From: Seison nebaliae
Taxonomy: Eukaryota
Assembly (NCBI GenBank): GCA_023231475.1
Contig: JALJEE010001426.1
Span: forward strand, 1-64,000
DNA: 64,000 nucleotides
Direction: 5' to 3'
The position numbers and the translations under genes are program-made. Position 1 is the stretch's first letter; every line of letters starts with the position of its first letter. The notes under the pieces are model-generated. The model was not told the origin of the DNA. It did not search any database and saw only the letters and a program-made list of their open reading frames with translations. Shown in pieces: positions 1 to 12,047 of this stretch.

Positions 1-240
1 TTTTTAGATAGAGTGCAAAAACACCACTTATCGGACACTATCGATTTTTGTTTCTTGTGCTCTTGCATTTCTTTCCTTGTCCTTTTCCATTTTTTTTTCT
101 CCCAGTTACTTTCGATATATTCTTCTGACGTGTCCGTTCTACTTCCTTCGTTAGTAGTTGGCTGGTTTTCCGCTTTATTCACTTGTTCACTTTCATTAAT
201 TTCATTGTTGATTAAAATTTCATTTTTGTTCGGTTCGTAA

Positions 241-370
241 CATCCGTCCGAACTTTGTTCCTGTTCGACAATTTTATTCGAATATTCTTCCTTTTCATAA
301 CATCCACTTGAACTTTGTTCCTGTACGACGATTTCTTTCGAATATTCTTCATTTTCACAGCATCCATTCG
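241..370. repeat. Short tandem repeat, ~60-bp unit, 2 copies plus a partial third
   Basis: catccgtccgaactttgttcctgttcgac... (241) and catccacttgaactttgttcctgtacgac... (301), with catcca again at 361. Confidence 0.7.
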
Positions 371-451
371 CAGATTGCTCATTCTGGACGATTTCGTTCA
401 CAGATTGATGTTCACAATAATTCCGATTGAGTTGGAAAATTTGTCATATAA

Positions 452-2560
452 TTGTTTACTTCCATACGAAGTTCCTACTATGCGAACACTACAGAGAGGA
501 GGGGGGGGTTTTCCGGAAAAAGAAAAGAAATATTGGAAAACAATATGAAGAGCAAAAGAAGGAGAATTAATAATCAGACCAATATTATTCATCCATACTA
601 TCGAATTTATTTAAGTCAACTCATTCAGAATTTACGGCACAACAATCGTTGCTCGGTGTGTTACCGTATTTATTCTATTTGTAGCCTCAAATTCAGAGAT
701 GATAAATGTTTCTGCGGAAGGTGCTTTATGGTTAAGGATGTTCTCAAGGTTACTAATAACATAAATAATAATATGCGTCTTAAAATCATTCCGGTTGAGT
801 TGAAAAATTTGTCAAATGCCGAAATTGCTAGTATTTCCACTATCGTGCACTATGTTAGTTTGCGCATCTATTCATCTCCTAAATATTCTGTTCCTTTCCT
901 TCGAGGTCGCGAAATACTATTTCCTATTGACCTTGAGTTTAACGTCCAACAAATAATTAAGAATATAGCGAATAAAAAAATTGTTAATTTTTCGTTTGAA
1001 ATCTTGAAAGATAAAGTTAATGAGTCAGGAGATATTTCCTTAATGAAGCAGGACATTAATATATCTAAAATTCTTAACGCACTAATTGTTCTTATAAGAT
1101 CAGGTCATCCCGCCTACTCATCCGCATGTTTAAGCGATGTAACTAAATTATTAAATGTAAGCGACCTTCCACAATTTGGTGTTTCTTCAATAAAATTTTT
1201 TCCGTCTTATCAAAAACCGAATTCTTGCATGGGCTGCTCATTGTCCTTTATACTATTTATTAATAATTTAAAAATATCAACTATCGATGATGTGTTTGGA
1301 ATGTCGGAAGAATTAATTTGTAAAATTTTAGATAAAGGCGACGAAATATATTGTCGTATAGTTGGTAATAAAGATCACCGAAAGCTCTTGGCTTTCATCG
1401 ACATTTTTAGAAGTTGCATTGGAAGATTGGTTTGATCAAGCGTGCTTCGATGATGAGAAAGTATTTTGGGGATCGTTTGAAGACGTTAACAGAATCGCTT
1501 TCTCAGACTATATCAAGAATAATGTGCAGAATGACCGAATTGCCCATTTCATTTTTATAACTGAACGCAAATGCTTTGCGTTTTGCGTCTTTCCGGATAA
1601 ACGAATAGTTCGTTTTGATTCACATCGTCAAATTGATCGAGGATGTAGCATTGAGTCATTTAGAAATATAGACGAATTTTGGACACAGCTTATCTGTCTC
1701 TATAGAGAACTTCGCTTTGATTTGTGCACAGTAACACCACTTAACACTGTTAATTTTCAAGAAAGACGAGACGCATCTTATTCGTCATTTCAAGTTGGAG
1801 CGCAAATAACTGAACAGAATGATGCTCGGAAACAGTGATAGCCAACGTAAAAGCTAATGTTTAAGAAAATAATTAAAAATTTGTTCAACTGAACGAAGAG
1901 CGAGTTGCTTGTTTTGTCAGTGCAATTCATATTTTATCAGGTAGTTGTGATTTGAGAGTGATTTGTACAAGATAGTCAAACTAACGAATAGGCAGAGGAG
2001 GAACTCGTTATATTTCATCCTTCTCCTATTGAAGCGAGTCTATACGAAACATAGCACGATCGAATATTTACTAACGAAGGATCTTCTAACTGAGATTCTT
2101 CTCGAAATCAATAACGCTAATTTTAGAGAATGTACCATGAACGTCTTAGGTGACATTAAGAATATGTTTGATCCACGAGAAATTCATATAGATGATTTCC
2201 ATTTAAACGGCTTTGACAATCTGAAGAAGAGCATTACTATAATGGGAGAAGATGGAAAGGAGTTTAAGGATTTGTGGGCGAGGCTGTCCTCCGGCTGTTA
2301 CGGAGTGCTTACCTATGGTAATTATTTTATGCTTCTCGGTTTCCATCGCGAAGTTATATTTCAAAAGGAGTTGTCAATAAGTTATAGTCAAAAGAGAAGG
2401 CGAGTTATTTTTCTTAGACCCTAACTGTCGAAATCTGAACGGATATCCTTATATGAGTAGAACATTCTACTTATCGGGATGTGGGACTGTAATAAGTAAG
2501 TTCAACAGTGTACATAGTTTATTGAAGCATGTGAAACTTTTGGTTAGGAAGGATTGTGCG
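452..2560 (+). pseudogene. Helitron N-terminal region: Zn-finger/DUF6570-like plus two peptidase C76-like (herpes tegument deubiquitinase) domains, frameshifted
   Basis: SCMGCSLSF...KILDKGDEIY (ORF 452-1435) continues via a frameshift near T5 at 1404-1408 to RFDSH (ORF 1362-1838); second copy SLYFILL...LLTEILLE continues via T5 at 2408-2412 to FLDPNCRNLNG, in frame with ATG 2453. Confidence 0.65.
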
Positions 2561-4970
2561 ATTGCTGGAAATAAACATATTTTTGAATTGTTCAATGATC
2601 CCGATCAGCAACAATCCATTCGAGTGAAATTATTGCTTTTGAATAGAAAAATTAAGCTAAAAGGCGGCCACCAGCCTGAACGGGTAAGATTAGAAATTTT
2701 GTTTATGTTACCAATAGATAACTGTTATGATAATGTCAAGGAAGTATTGAATATAAGCGATCAGAATGAAATTTCGGTAGAAGAGGTAGTAAAAGCAAAT
2801 CTTCGACTCAATTCTGAAAAAACGACGTTAAGGCGGCATGATACTCCTCATCTAGAGGCGTGTCTCTTTCCCCAGGTATTCTTCGAGGGCAGAAATGACA
2901 TGGATGAGCACAGAAAGCCCAAATGTCCTTTGACTTCTTATCTGATAGCGCGTTTACTTTCGGGCTTCACTTACTTTCAGTTGCCTGCTTATCTATATTT
3001 CGCTTACAACTGTAGAATCGACCAGTACATACATTCGAAGGTCAACATTATGGGAAAGCTTACGGAAAATAGGAGAATTTTGAAGGACGTTCATTTGATG
3101 ATGGAAGATTTTCCTGGAACTTCAATGTTTTGGTCTAGAATTCGCCAAAAATTATCATGTTTCGTTGACACGTTGGGACCACCGCACATCTTCCTAACGT
3201 TGTCTTGTAATGAATATCATTGGTTGGACATGAGACAAGCGTTGGTAGATTTAGAGTATAGATCTTGTCGAATGGAATCTAGAGAGTTTTTATTTGATAA
3301 GCAATTAGTTTCGGATGATGATTTGTCCGACGATGAACGACAGGAATTGTTAAACGCTATGACTGAATCTGAAGTTTCTACATTGATAGCACGCTATCCA
3401 GTGTTCGTCATGAAAGTATTTCAAGAAAAATTCTTTCTGTTCAAACGACAGTTGATGAAGGGAGATATTAAAGGAATTGGTAAGATCGAGGACATGTTCT
3501 ATCGATTAGAATTTCAGAAAAGAGGCGCACCACACTACCATATATTGATTTGGCTAGAAAACAATGAAAATTTTCATGAAACCCCATTAGATACGCGTAA
3601 ATTAAATTTAATCAATGAAATCATCACCACGAAACGTCCCAGTGAAGTGTTGGAACGGTATTTTGAGGAGGATAAATTGTTCCAATTTGATCAGATGCAA
3701 ATACATACTTGCTCAGCACGATGTATGAACAAAAATAAGAAGTGCAAGTACCAATTTCCGTTCGATTCAGTTAATGAAACTTATATTCATAAAGATAATG
3801 GTCGGTACTACTATCGACGACAAAGCGATAATATTAATATTAACCATTATTGTGCGGATATCTTAGCCAGGTGGGACGCCCATCATGATATCCAATTTGT
3901 ATCCTCAGTCAAGTCCTTAAATTTTTATATAACTAAATATATTAGTAAAAGCGAACCAAAATCAATTTGCTTCGCTTTACTTATTAAGATGTTGGAGTAA
4001 AATTCAAAGCATTTCTTGTAACTATATGCAAGCGCGAGAAATTAGTTTGTACGAGTGTGCTGCTTGTTTGACGAGATGTAATTTTAGTCGATTTAGTCGC
4101 GATATCATCAAATTAAATTTACGACATCCTGACGATAGGTATAAATTAATTACTGACAAGGGATATGGATCCGATTGGCTGGAAAAGTATAGTTCTCGGC
4201 CTTCATCTCTTGAACACATGCCCTTATTTATGTTCTGTAGCTTTTATCGAACATTAGTCAATGCAGAGAATTATGAGGCTGAGAAAAATTTTATTGACGA
4301 GGAGTCCGATGATGAATGTGCTGACGACATATTACCACTTTCCATTCGAATTGAAGTTAGAGGACATGCATATATTTTGAAATTAAGAAATCGTTGCGCC
4401 ATCTTGTGGACGTATTTGAAGAATAGAAGTGCTTTAAAGAGCAGGAAATTTTATGACGATAATTGTCGTTGCCTAATGAAATTAATTTTGAGTTGGAGGG
4501 ATGAAAAGCAACATTTTTATTCTTCTGCGGTCGATAACAATCATTGGTTGAGAAGCTTCCTCACATTTTTCTCGTCGTTTTACCAGCAGAAAAGTGCATT
4601 TATTCAACACTTCTGGACATATAATAGTCGTAGTAAGAAATTTAATCGAACTGCCATCGAAGTGATAGGATACGTTTATCAATTATCCGCCGATTTATAT
4701 TTAGAAATAAGAACAATCTCTGGAGATATGCTAGGCGCGCTCGTGCCACAAGAGCGGTTTGAAACGTATACAGATGATATATTAGCCGGCTTCGAAAACT
4801 ATTCGGCAGAAGTGTTGGAGAACGATAATGAGATTGAACAGAACCACCTTGTTCAAACATGGGATGCTTTTAAGACGGACGAACAATTAAATAATGATTT
4901 TTCTCTGTTAAATGACGATCAGAAAGAAATTGCCCAATATATTCTAAATAGTATTTCAAAAAAACAATAA
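2453..4970 (+). pseudogene. Helitron Rep (HUH endonuclease) and Rep-helicase linker, frameshifted near 3960-4000
   Basis: HUH motif PHYHILIW, YxxKY motif, downstream QAREISLYE in a different frame. Confidence 0.9.
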
Positions 4971-6338
4971 TTGTTGCTCTATATTGGAGGGGAAGGAGGA
5001 TGTGGAAAAACATTCCTCATGAAACAATTGGTGAACGTTATAGAAAAGAAATTAGGCAACAGTTCCAACCAGTGTAAATTCACATTCAGGATGGCTCCCA
5101 CGGGAATCGCTGCATTCAATATAGCTGGAACTACCATACATTCCGCTCTAAACATTCAGGTAGGAAACACATACGTTAGAAGAAATTTCACTTCTCTATT
5201 GAACAATGTTGAACTTAATTTTATTGATGAAATTTCCATGGTATCCAAAACCTTATTCTCCTCCATTAATCATATATTAAATCAAATGCACGGTTTAATT
5301 CCTTATCAGACAGACGACTCAAATAGACCGGTAGTTTTTGGAGGAAAATCAGTAATAGTATTTGGTGATTTCTGCCAATTACCTCCGGTTTGTGCCTTAC
5401 CACTATACGTAAATTTACATCATGAAGATGTGTGGCTGCGTTTCAAGTACTATCGGTTAAATATAAATATGCGCCAAAAAAATGATGACATTTTCATCGA
5501 ATTTCTAAGACGTTTACGAGAGGGTAAATGCACCTTGCCTGACATTCGACTGTTGAATGAAATAAGAAGAAAAACTATCCGATTACCAAACGATTTGCCG
5601 GAAGACATCCTTCATCTTATGCCCACAAATTATGAAGTAAACAATTATAATAATTGTAAAATAGAAGAGTTATTTGAAGAACATGACATCAGGAATATAG
5701 TATGTACGGATGTCATTCCTACTGAGATCAATATACTTCCTTCAGATATCCTGCCCGATTCCGAAGATTTCCTACCCAAACAACTCAATTTAGCAATAGG
5801 ATGCCGCGTTATGCTTATTAGAAATATTAATTTAACTAATGGTTTAGTGAATGGACGAATCGGAACACTTAAATGCATGTATTGGACAGGCTTTAATCCA
5901 AATCCGCCCTTAGATGTGAATATTCCTCCAATTAAGATAGATATCTTATTTGATGGCGATTCCAGCATTTCTAGTATTACTCGTATTTGTCTATCGCAGA
6001 AAGTTAAACGTTCTCAAATTAGCTCCAATAATATTAAATCAAGTTTCCAACTTAAACGTTTTCAATTTCCATTGAAATTGGCCTATGCTTGCACCATCCA
6101 TAAAAGTCAAGGTATGTCCAAAGACAACATTGTGGTAAAGGCGACAAATAAAGTGAGGCAGTTCGGTCAATTGTATGTAGCTCTAAGCCGATGTCGTTCA
6201 TTAAATGGTTTATTCTTATCGGAATTTGACGAACAGTGCGTTCCAAGAATCGACGTAATGTTTAATCAAAACATTTCCTCTCAATATGCCAAGGTGCGTG
6301 ATGAATATTCGAGATTAAAATTAAAAGGTCTCCAATAA
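4971..6338 (+). pseudogene. Helitron PIF1-like SF1 helicase, separated from the upstream ORF by an in-frame TAA (4968-4970)
   Basis: GEGGCGKT, APTGIAA, DEISM, GDFCQLPPV, NMRQ, QFPLKLAYACTIHKSQG, GQLYVALSR. Confidence 0.92.
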
Positions 6339-6430
6339 GTTGAGGGCTATCCCATTTAAATATATAATATGCTTATGTTTCTATCCGAATTACTTTTCTC
6401 CAAAATTAATGAGGTCTTTTTTTCATTTAG

Positions 6431-6926
6431 AATGACTCTAGCGCAACTTAATTCTCTCTAAACTGACTCTAGCGCGACTTTTTTTTCTCTAAACTAACTC
6501 TAGCGCCAATTAATTGTATGTAGAATGACTCTAGGGTGACTTAATTGTATCTAGAAAGACTTTGGTGCGATTTAGTTCTCTTTAAACTGACTCTAGGGCG
6601 GCTTAATTCTCTCTAAACTGATTTTAGCCTAACTCAATTTTCTCTAGAGTGATTCTAGCGCGACTAAATTGCATTTGAAATGACTCTAACGCGGCTTAAT
6701 TCTCTCTAAAATGATTCTAGCGCGACTAAATTCTTTCTAAACTAACTTTAGCGTGACTTAATTGTATCTAGAATAACTCTAGCGTGACTTAAATGTATTT
6801 GAAATGACTCTAATGCGACTTAATTCTCTCTAAATTGATTCTAGCGCGACCTAATTCTTTCAAAACTAACTTTAGTGCGATTTAATTGTATCTAGAATGA
6901 CCTTCTATGCGACTTAATTCTCTTCC
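6431..6926. repeat. Minisatellite, 16 x 31-bp units, consensus ~aatgactctagcgcgacttaattctctctaa
   Basis: Contiguous diverged units counted by eye, no spacers. Confidence 0.9.
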
Positions 6927-8027
6927 CTCATATGGAAGAATAATAATATTATTTAAAATATATCAAATATCCGTCTCATATATATACGCTGATGATTATA
7001 GTACGATGATGGCAACTGGCTAGATATTTGTTGGGGGATTTAGAGGATTAAATGGCTCTGGAATCACCTATTTAATCGGCCTGAGATCCTGGGATTGAAT
7101 AAATTAAATTCTTCAATACCCAGCGTTGTGACGGCAATCGAATAAACGAACTATTTACGCTTGCCCATCTATCCGCTAGGTAAAGCAAGCAATCATGAAA
7201 ACCTTGACAAAAACCAATTTTCTTCTTGTCATTTGCTTAAGCAAAAATTATCATTCGGTAGATGCGAATCCATATGCTTACATTTAATGTATAACCATTG
7301 TGTATCGTCTGTACGACAACTCAACTTTGTTGTCTATGTGAATTTTAGAACATAATGCGTCTATGGACATGGTTCGTCTACTGAAATTGATAAAAAAAAA
7401 ATATATATATATATTTTCGATTTTTTATTTTTTTTGAGATTAAAATTACACCAAATTTTTGGATTATTTAAACGGATTATTATCATTAAAAATTAAATTT
7501 CAATTTTTAAATAATTTTTTTTAAAACTAAAATTATTTTTCCTTCCTTTATCTTATTCAATAAAAATAAACAATATTTCGTTGTTCGAATTATTTGAAAA
7601 TATTTTAATTCTCTTTGAGAAAGAAAAAGTCGTCTTAAGATGAGTCAAATGGATAATGGCTATGAAAGACGAATTTGCAAAACCCAATTAGCGAAGCAAA
7701 TGGCACTATATGAATTATTGAAAAGGAGAGAGAATAGAGAAATTACGGACGAAATATTATTTGAGAAACTTCCATATTAATTAACAATATTCCTTGTAAA
7801 GACGTTTTATTTGTTGTATCAACATAAACTTGTTTTACCGCCAGTTTTCGAATTCCTTAATATAATAAAATCAATAATTGATCATGAAAATTTCTAATCC
7901 ATTCGCTATCGTCATCGACGTTGATCGTTATGCCGGTAATAATTAAAATTATCAAAAAAATTAATTGAAAAGATAAATTTACAAAATCTAAATCAATTTT
8001 TTAAAATATTTCTTATTTGGTTTAATA

Positions 8028-10085
8028 TTACATAGATTTTTTAGCTGTTGGAACTAGTTTTCTGAAAATGCCAGTAAAACTCTTTTTTCTCTTGACAATC
8101 TTTTGGATGGCATGACCATTATGCGAATTATTCGTTTCCTTATTTTGCTTCCTAATTTTCTCCGAGATGGATGTTATTAGACAATCTCTTACTCGTTTGC
8201 TTAATTTTGGATTTTTATAATGTTCATCGCGTTGTTTTGCAGATTTGTGAGGGAATTTAAAATGTTTTGATTCTTTCCATTTACAAGTAAAAAGTTTTGT
8301 CGAGTTTTCTATATTTTTCGAAGGTTCGTCATTATTATTTGCTGTTACATTTTCCTTGTCTAGAGATTCATCAGAACTAAATCTTCTAATTAATTTCTCT
8401 CTTCGTTGTCTAATTTTCTTCTTTATATTTTTTTGTTCGTTTTTTAAAGGCGAAGTACATCTTAAGGGATGAAGACTTTTGATTTTTTGGTTGAGTTTTG
8501 GTTCTCTCACATTCTCTCTGTGAATTTCTTTAATGGAAACAATTTTGAATCTTCTTAGAATTCGATTAACGGACGAAGTAATGTCTTTTCTTATTGAGAG
8601 AAAGTTTTCCTTTTTTAATTCCTTTAATTCATCAACAGGATGTTTTGTAGTTAATTGATCAACATATTCTACTAATTCCATTCCTGTATCATCTTCATAT
8701 GTCATAATCGAATCTTTTAAACAAATGTGGCTATCAGATTTTGGTATTATTTGATTTCTTTTCCCGTACCATTTCATTCGTTTAACAACATTTTTAATAC
8801 ACGATCTCGTTTCTTGAACTTTCTTCACATTTTTGTTAACATGCTTAAATGCCTTATTATTTTGATTATTTTGCTTTCCTATTTTATTTAAAGTAAATGT
8901 TGTTGAATCATCTTTTACTATTTTCACGATTTTACAATTATTTTCATAAGCACTTCGATTACATAGTCTTATCGGTTTCTTGAAGAATTGAAAAATATTT
9001 GATATTTTCAAATTAACCGCAATAAATTTTTCACGATGATCTTGATTAATCTGGTCAAGAGATTCATCTGAAGTGAGTCTTCTAACCAGTAACATGTCGT
9101 TTCCTTCTTGGTTCTTCGTTTCTCTAACTTTATCTCCGGAAATTCCTTTAAATGAAATATTTCTGATTCTTCTTAGAAATGTATCAACGCTCAAACGAAT
9201 TCCATTTTTGATTGATAACATTCTTTGACAACGTTCTGACTCATAACGTGAAATAACGTTTTTTTTATTTGCTTTCTTAAATTTATTTTCATCAATCCGA
9301 TTATTAACATATTCCACTACTTCTAGTTGAGAATTTCTGTTACTGGAATTGGAATCAGAATTAAAATTCAAATGTTTTGAAGGAATTAGTTTGTCCGAAC
9401 CATAGAAATCATTTGGAACACCACGCAGATCTACTGATATCTCGTCGAATTTAATTATATTTGAAAAAGTTTCGAATTCTAAAGTTGATTTCATTTGATC
9501 GATATTTTTATTAATTTCTTTAGTGATAATATTATTTTCAACCACATCATTCTTATTCGAATATATTTCATCTGAAAGATTGTTCAAAATGTCTGAATTT
9601 GATATTTTTGTTACATTACTCGACAGACAACTAGAACAAGAACAATTTGAATTATCAAATGTCCATTTAGTAATTAAATTATCTGAATTGGTTAAACACA
9701 ATGTATCTGTCCAATAATATTCTCTCAAACCATGTGTGAAATCTCCCGCTCCCTTGTAATCGCCTATTAATTTTAAACCTTTTCGAAAATGATTTCTTTT
9801 TTTGCTGAAACTTAAACCAGAATATTGATTTTTATAACTCTTCGAATTCCACAATTTTCCCAAAATTGATTTTATCAGATATACAACGAAATACAAGAAA
9901 GTACCAATTATTGTGATGAAAGCCAATTCTGTAATTATATCTACTTTAAACTCGATTGAACACAATGCCATTTTATCCAAATCGACATTTTTATATCTAT
10001 GGAATATGTTAGGGTCGCAGAACTGGATTGGTAGAACATTCCAGATAAATGCATAATATATCAACGGATATAAAAGAATTGCCAT
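8028..10085 (-). CDS. Uncharacterised 685-aa protein; N-terminal hydrophobic segments, Lys/Asn-rich, internal duplication
   Basis: Long uninterrupted ORF; TATAAATA ~75 nt upstream; repeated VEYV / LRR / RRxxSDESLD blocks. Confidence 0.6.
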   Translation of the reverse strand: MAILLYPLIYYAFIWNVLPIQFCDPNIFHRYKNVDLDKMALCSIEFKVDIITELAFITIIGTFLYFVVYLIKSILGKLWNSKSYKNQYSGLSFSKKRNHFRKGLKLIGDYKGAGDFTHGLREYYWTDTLCLTNSDNLITKWTFDNSNCSCSSCLSSNVTKISNSDILNNLSDEIYSNKNDVVENNIITKEINKNIDQMKSTLEFETFSNIIKFDEISVDLRGVPNDFYGSDKLIPSKHLNFNSDSNSSNRNSQLEVVEYVNNRIDENKFKKANKKNVISRYESERCQRMLSIKNGIRLSVDTFLRRIRNISFKGISGDKVRETKNQEGNDMLLVRRLTSDESLDQINQDHREKFIAVNLKISNIFQFFKKPIRLCNRSAYENNCKIVKIVKDDSTTFTLNKIGKQNNQNNKAFKHVNKNVKKVQETRSCIKNVVKRMKWYGKRNQIIPKSDSHICLKDSIMTYEDDTGMELVEYVDQLTTKHPVDELKELKKENFLSIRKDITSSVNRILRRFKIVSIKEIHRENVREPKLNQKIKSLHPLRCTSPLKNEQKNIKKKIRQRREKLIRRFSSDESLDKENVTANNNDEPSKNIENSTKLFTCKWKESKHFKFPHKSAKQRDEHYKNPKLSKRVRDCLITSISEKIRKQNKETNNSHNGHAIQKIVKRKKSFTGIFRKLVPTAKKSM

Positions 10086-11081
10086 TATGAGCGCAAAAAT
10101 TATTCGTTTGAAAAAGATTTTAAATTTTTGTAATGAAATATCCTTCGAAAAATTTCATATTTATAGACAAAAATTAATTAATGATTTATTTTGTACAATC
10201 GTATTATTAATAATATGTGACATTATGTAACTTAGGTATATCGGTGAATCAATCGAAGAACGTAACACTTTCTACGGTTGGAAGTCGAATTATTAATCTT
10301 CCAATCAAATTGTCTCGGTCTACTCGTTTCCTCGGTGTCCATCTAGACTAGTGGAAACTCTCTTCCAGTTCTCTAGATAATATTCGTTCTTCTTTTTGTC
10401 GAACTTATTTCCCGTTTCTCAACCGTGTCAAATTCTTTCCTCTTCGAACAAAAATCTATTTATTCACTATGTTAGTCCAACCGCTATTTGGACTCGATTC
10501 TATTTTTGTCGCCTCATCAAGCTCTTTCTTAGCTATGGACAGATGTTTTTCAAGGGCCGTTTGTCGTCTAGTCGGTTGCTTCCGTCGCTGCAATAGACCA
10601 TTCCTGTTTTCTCTTACGAATCTCGTTCCTTTTCCGATCATATTCGCAAAGAGAATCTTAGGAGTTTTGAATTTGGGGTTTCAGCTTATTCCTCGTTTCA
10701 AGGTATGGATTCGTTGATCGTTGAAATGTTGGAATCTGACTGATCGATTTTGGGCCATGTTCCAGATTATTATGATATACGGGCATCATCAACTTCATCT
10801 GAATTTAAGAATTTTATTTACAATTTTTCATCAATCAACCTTCTCCAACCAAACCTCCTCCCTCATCTTTCCAATGCCCGAAATATACTCGATCAAAACA
10901 AGTTTAGCGAGTTATCGAAGTTTCTGAACGGGAACACTTTGTATGATTATTAGATATATCTAATATTTCGTCATGAGTGTTCGTGCTGTAGATTTATCTT
11001 TCTCTCTTCTTTCTTTTTGTTTTTCTTTTTCCGTTTGCTTTTTTTTTCTTCTTTAATTTAACTCATTTTTTATTGTTTGTT

Positions 11082-11820
11082 CTAATACTTGTTAACTTGT
11101 TCAATTAGTTTGATTAAGCCACTTGCGACACATATTGGACGAAAGGAGTTTACATCAGACGTACATTTGCTATTAGGTTTTCGGAAAAACGCTATAAAGG
11201 TGCCACGAAGAAAGGCACCTTTATAGATTGGAGTGATGGTGTAGATTCTTTTATCAACATAATCTAGGTTTCCATAAAGAATGGCGTTAATATAATCAAT
11301 TATCAATTTTTGAAATTCTTCTTTTTTCACTAAATTAAGACAGATATCGTCGTAACCATGGTTTTTCTTAACGTTCAGGCCAGATAAAGCGTTGCGTAAT
11401 TTACTGGTCGTCACATTCAAAGGAGAATGCGTTCCTCTTTCATTTTCCAACAATTGGTGAACTTTATAATGATCGTACAATGAAGATTGAAACAATATCT
11501 TAAATTCATTGATGTCGATTTTGGAAATAACGATCTCTTTATTTTTCATTAATAGTCAGAACTTCGTAGAATCGTTTATCCTATCTTCTCGAGATTCCTA
11601 TATTTAGTTTCTTCATTTTTCCTCAAAAGATCTCGAAATTTATATCTGAATTCCTTTCTTGCTGCCTTTCTCTCAATATAAGAATTATCTATATTTTCAT
11701 ACACATGTCTCGAATTTGCTACGATCATATTTTTTTTTAGATTTTGAATTGTTCCAAAATTGGGAATTTTTCGATTTACATTCCGATGATTCGTTTTAAT
11801 ATCTTTCTCGAAGGAACCAG
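11082..11820 (-). mobile_element. Non-LTR retrotransposon fragment (RT N-terminal part), degenerate
   Basis: KKNHGYDDI...ITPIYKG...SFRPICVASGLIKLIEQ; stops upstream. Confidence 0.75.
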
Positions 11821-12047
11821 ACGATTTGATTACATTATCTAATTCCTGATATGAATGATGACGACAATTATTGATTCACTCACTTGGTAATTGAAATAAA
11901 ATTGGATTCTTACAAATCTCGAACTAATCGACTTGGCAACAGTAAAAACTTGCAGACCAATTCGCAAAACTATTGCCCGATGATCAGATAATACGAACTA
12001 ATAGGAAATAAAATAATCTTCAATCTGCTTTCTTAATTGATTAGCAA

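Larger units (their letters stand above)
452..6926 (+). mobile_element. Helitron-superfamily (Helentron/Helitron2-like) rolling-circle transposon, disrupted; termini not located
   Basis: Collinear ORF pieces: CxxC pairs plus a DUF6570-like segment (IPVELKNLSNAE...GREILFP...LNALIVL...HPAY); Rep motifs FLTLSCN, YRLEFQKRGAPHYHILIW and YITKYISK; PIF1 helicase motifs; 3' minisatellite. Confidence 0.9.

Noticed and set aside
6431..6926. CRISPR-like array
   Set aside because: Units are contiguous with no unique spacers; eukaryotic context; no cas genes
6918..7025. Helitron 3' terminus (tcttcc..ggaaga hairpin; CTAG at ~7020)
   Set aside because: Hairpin is weak and ~80 nt from the CTAG, which is not followed by T; cannot be called without sister copies
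10240..10960. Short ORFs on both strands between the orphan gene and the RT fragment
   Set aside because: No recognisable motif; probably decayed TE sequence but cannot be assigned
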